A DNA stretch of 64,000 bases from assembly GCA_000004985.1 (NCBI GenBank), contig GG738866.1; one strand, given 5' to 3'. Numbering within the stretch: position 1 is the first letter of the stretch; each line of letters begins with the position of its first letter. Made by a program: the position numbers and the translations under genes. Source of the DNA: Naegleria gruberi (Eukaryota). Positions 63,019 through 64,000 of the stretch are shown here, piece after piece. Under the pieces are notes generated by a model that was not told the DNA's origin, made no database searches, and was given only the letters and a program-made list of their open reading frames with translations.

Positions 63019-63949
63019 ATGTTTGGTAAACTTCGTAAAAAGAGTCAATCATTAGCATCATTATTATCTAGTAGTAATAATAATAGTAATAATCAAATCA
63101 ACAACAACAACAACAGGTATATATATTCCAATGATGATAATAATAACAAATTAAAAGATTCACCATCATTTATCGGAGATGAAATAGATTCAATAGGATT
63201 ATGGAATATTAAAGATACTTCTAATATTAATATTAAAATGTAAGTAGTTAATAATAATTATAGTAGTAGTTCATCATCATCATCATTCATGAATATATTT
63301 AAATTCAATTATTATCAATATTCATCATAATTTAATTATATTTTGAAAATTAAAATGTCATCATCATATGACAATACCTCATCATGTTATGTAACAATTT
63401 TTATTCTCATGTTATAACATTACGATTCCGTAATATAATATTTCATAATATCAATTGAATCAATCATATTTGAATTATTTTGTCATCATTATCATAATAA
63501 TTAGAAATAGGAAAAGTAGTTCACGTTCAATAACAGGTAGAAATAACACAACAACAACAACATCATCATCCACTAATCAACAACAACAAGTATTTTCACC
63601 AACACTTTCAATTAATTCAATAGATACACATTCTAATCTGACAACAACAACAACTCCTACCACTACCACTAATAATAATAATAACTATAATACTCTCACT
63701 AATAATTCTAATAATAATTTTAATAATTTTGGTGGACAATCAAAATATTTTGTTCACATTTTAAATCATTCACCATCTTTGGAAATATTAAATGATTTAT
63801 TAAATGAAATTAAACAAAATGATTCAAATTTTTGTATAAATTTTTATAATCAATATGGTTTATTTTCTTTAAATACTTTCCTTTTAAAGAATATTATTTA
63901 TATTTTTCCCAGAATTGATTATTCAATTAATGAAACTATTATTGAGTGA
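63019..63949 (+). CDS. Asn/Thr-rich protein of unknown function. Exons are 63019..63239 and 63505..63949, with a 265-nt intron (63240..63504).
   Basis: The intron reads GTAAGT ... AATTAG (phase 2) and joins ...NINIK to I-NRKSSSRSITG in the downstream ORF frame. The N-run is encoded by (AAT/AAC)n. Confidence 0.45.
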
Positions 63950-64000
63950 AAATATTTATAATATTTTATTTAAATGTATTGAATGTATTACTGGATTTAT

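Noticed and set aside
1-64000. Prokaryotic-type features: operons with Shine-Dalgarno sites, CRISPR arrays, rho-independent terminators, insertion sequences
   Set aside because: The sequence is clearly eukaryotic. It has spliceosomal introns, eukaryote-only proteins (14-3-3, snurportin, SRP68, KAP3) and A-rich Kozak contexts. There are no repeat-spacer arrays or transposase ORFs.
1-64000. Assignment to Dictyostelium discoideum, suggested by poly-N and poly-Q tracts, (CAA)n repeats, and the OCRL-like and MAST genes
   Set aside because: Intergenic DNA is about 30% GC, not about 12%. Introns are 21-64 nt rather than around 100-150 nt. TTG rather than TTA is the dominant Leu codon. KAP3 and KATNIP imply cilia, which dictyostelids lack.
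1-64000. Ciliate with a reassigned genetic code (Paramecium or Tetrahymena), suggested by tiny introns and high gene density
   Set aside because: ORFs of 1000-1500 aa are uninterrupted by TAA or TAG, and genes terminate with TAA. The standard code is therefore in use.

Overview
This window is nuclear DNA from a compact, AT-rich eukaryote (about 32% GC), not a prokaryote. Roughly 30 protein-coding genes on both strands pack into 64 kb, with about 70% of the window coding. Spacers are short: 40–120 nt between many same-strand genes, and some convergent genes share their stop codons. Many genes carry very short canonical GT..AG introns (21–64 nt, mostly GTAAGT or GTATGT donors), plus one 265-nt intron and at least one micro-exon. 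Start codons usually sit in an A-rich context (AAAAAATG). Coding regions are often Asn-, Gln- or Ser-rich low complexity, with TTG, AGA, CCA and GGT as preferred codons. The organism must build cilia or flagella, because the kinesin-II accessory subunit KAP3 and a KATNIP (DUF4457) gene are both present. Dictyostelium is excluded: its intergenic DNA is far more AT-rich, its introns are longer, and it has no cilia. A free-living amoeboflagellate such as a Naegleria-like heterolobosean is one plausible source, but this is a low-confidence guess. Recognisable genes are lipin, PP2C, a RING-H2 E3, 14-3-3, Aurora kinase, RNase Z, an Mpv17/PMP22 protein, an N2227 methyltransferase, snurportin, KAP3, KATNIP, GID8, UTP13, eIF4E, a CAX/VNX1-type exchanger, ISY1, a MAST-family kinase, a peroxisomal enoyl-CoA isomerase, RPN11, SRP68, an OCRL-like 5-phosphatase with RhoGAP, a sacsin-like giant ATPase, a coiled-coil RING protein and tRNA-His(GUG). 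Findings most worth a second look are a protein whose first ten residues copy the histone H3 tail, and a GGCGCCAA (E2F-like) element recurring in four promoters. Two convergent gene pairs also overlap at their stop codons, three same-strand genes sit about 40 nt apart, and one gene has an 8-nt micro-exon and another a 21-nt intron. Two genes have internal frameshifts at A/T runs and two splice junctions fail to close in phase, which probably reflects assembly indel error.
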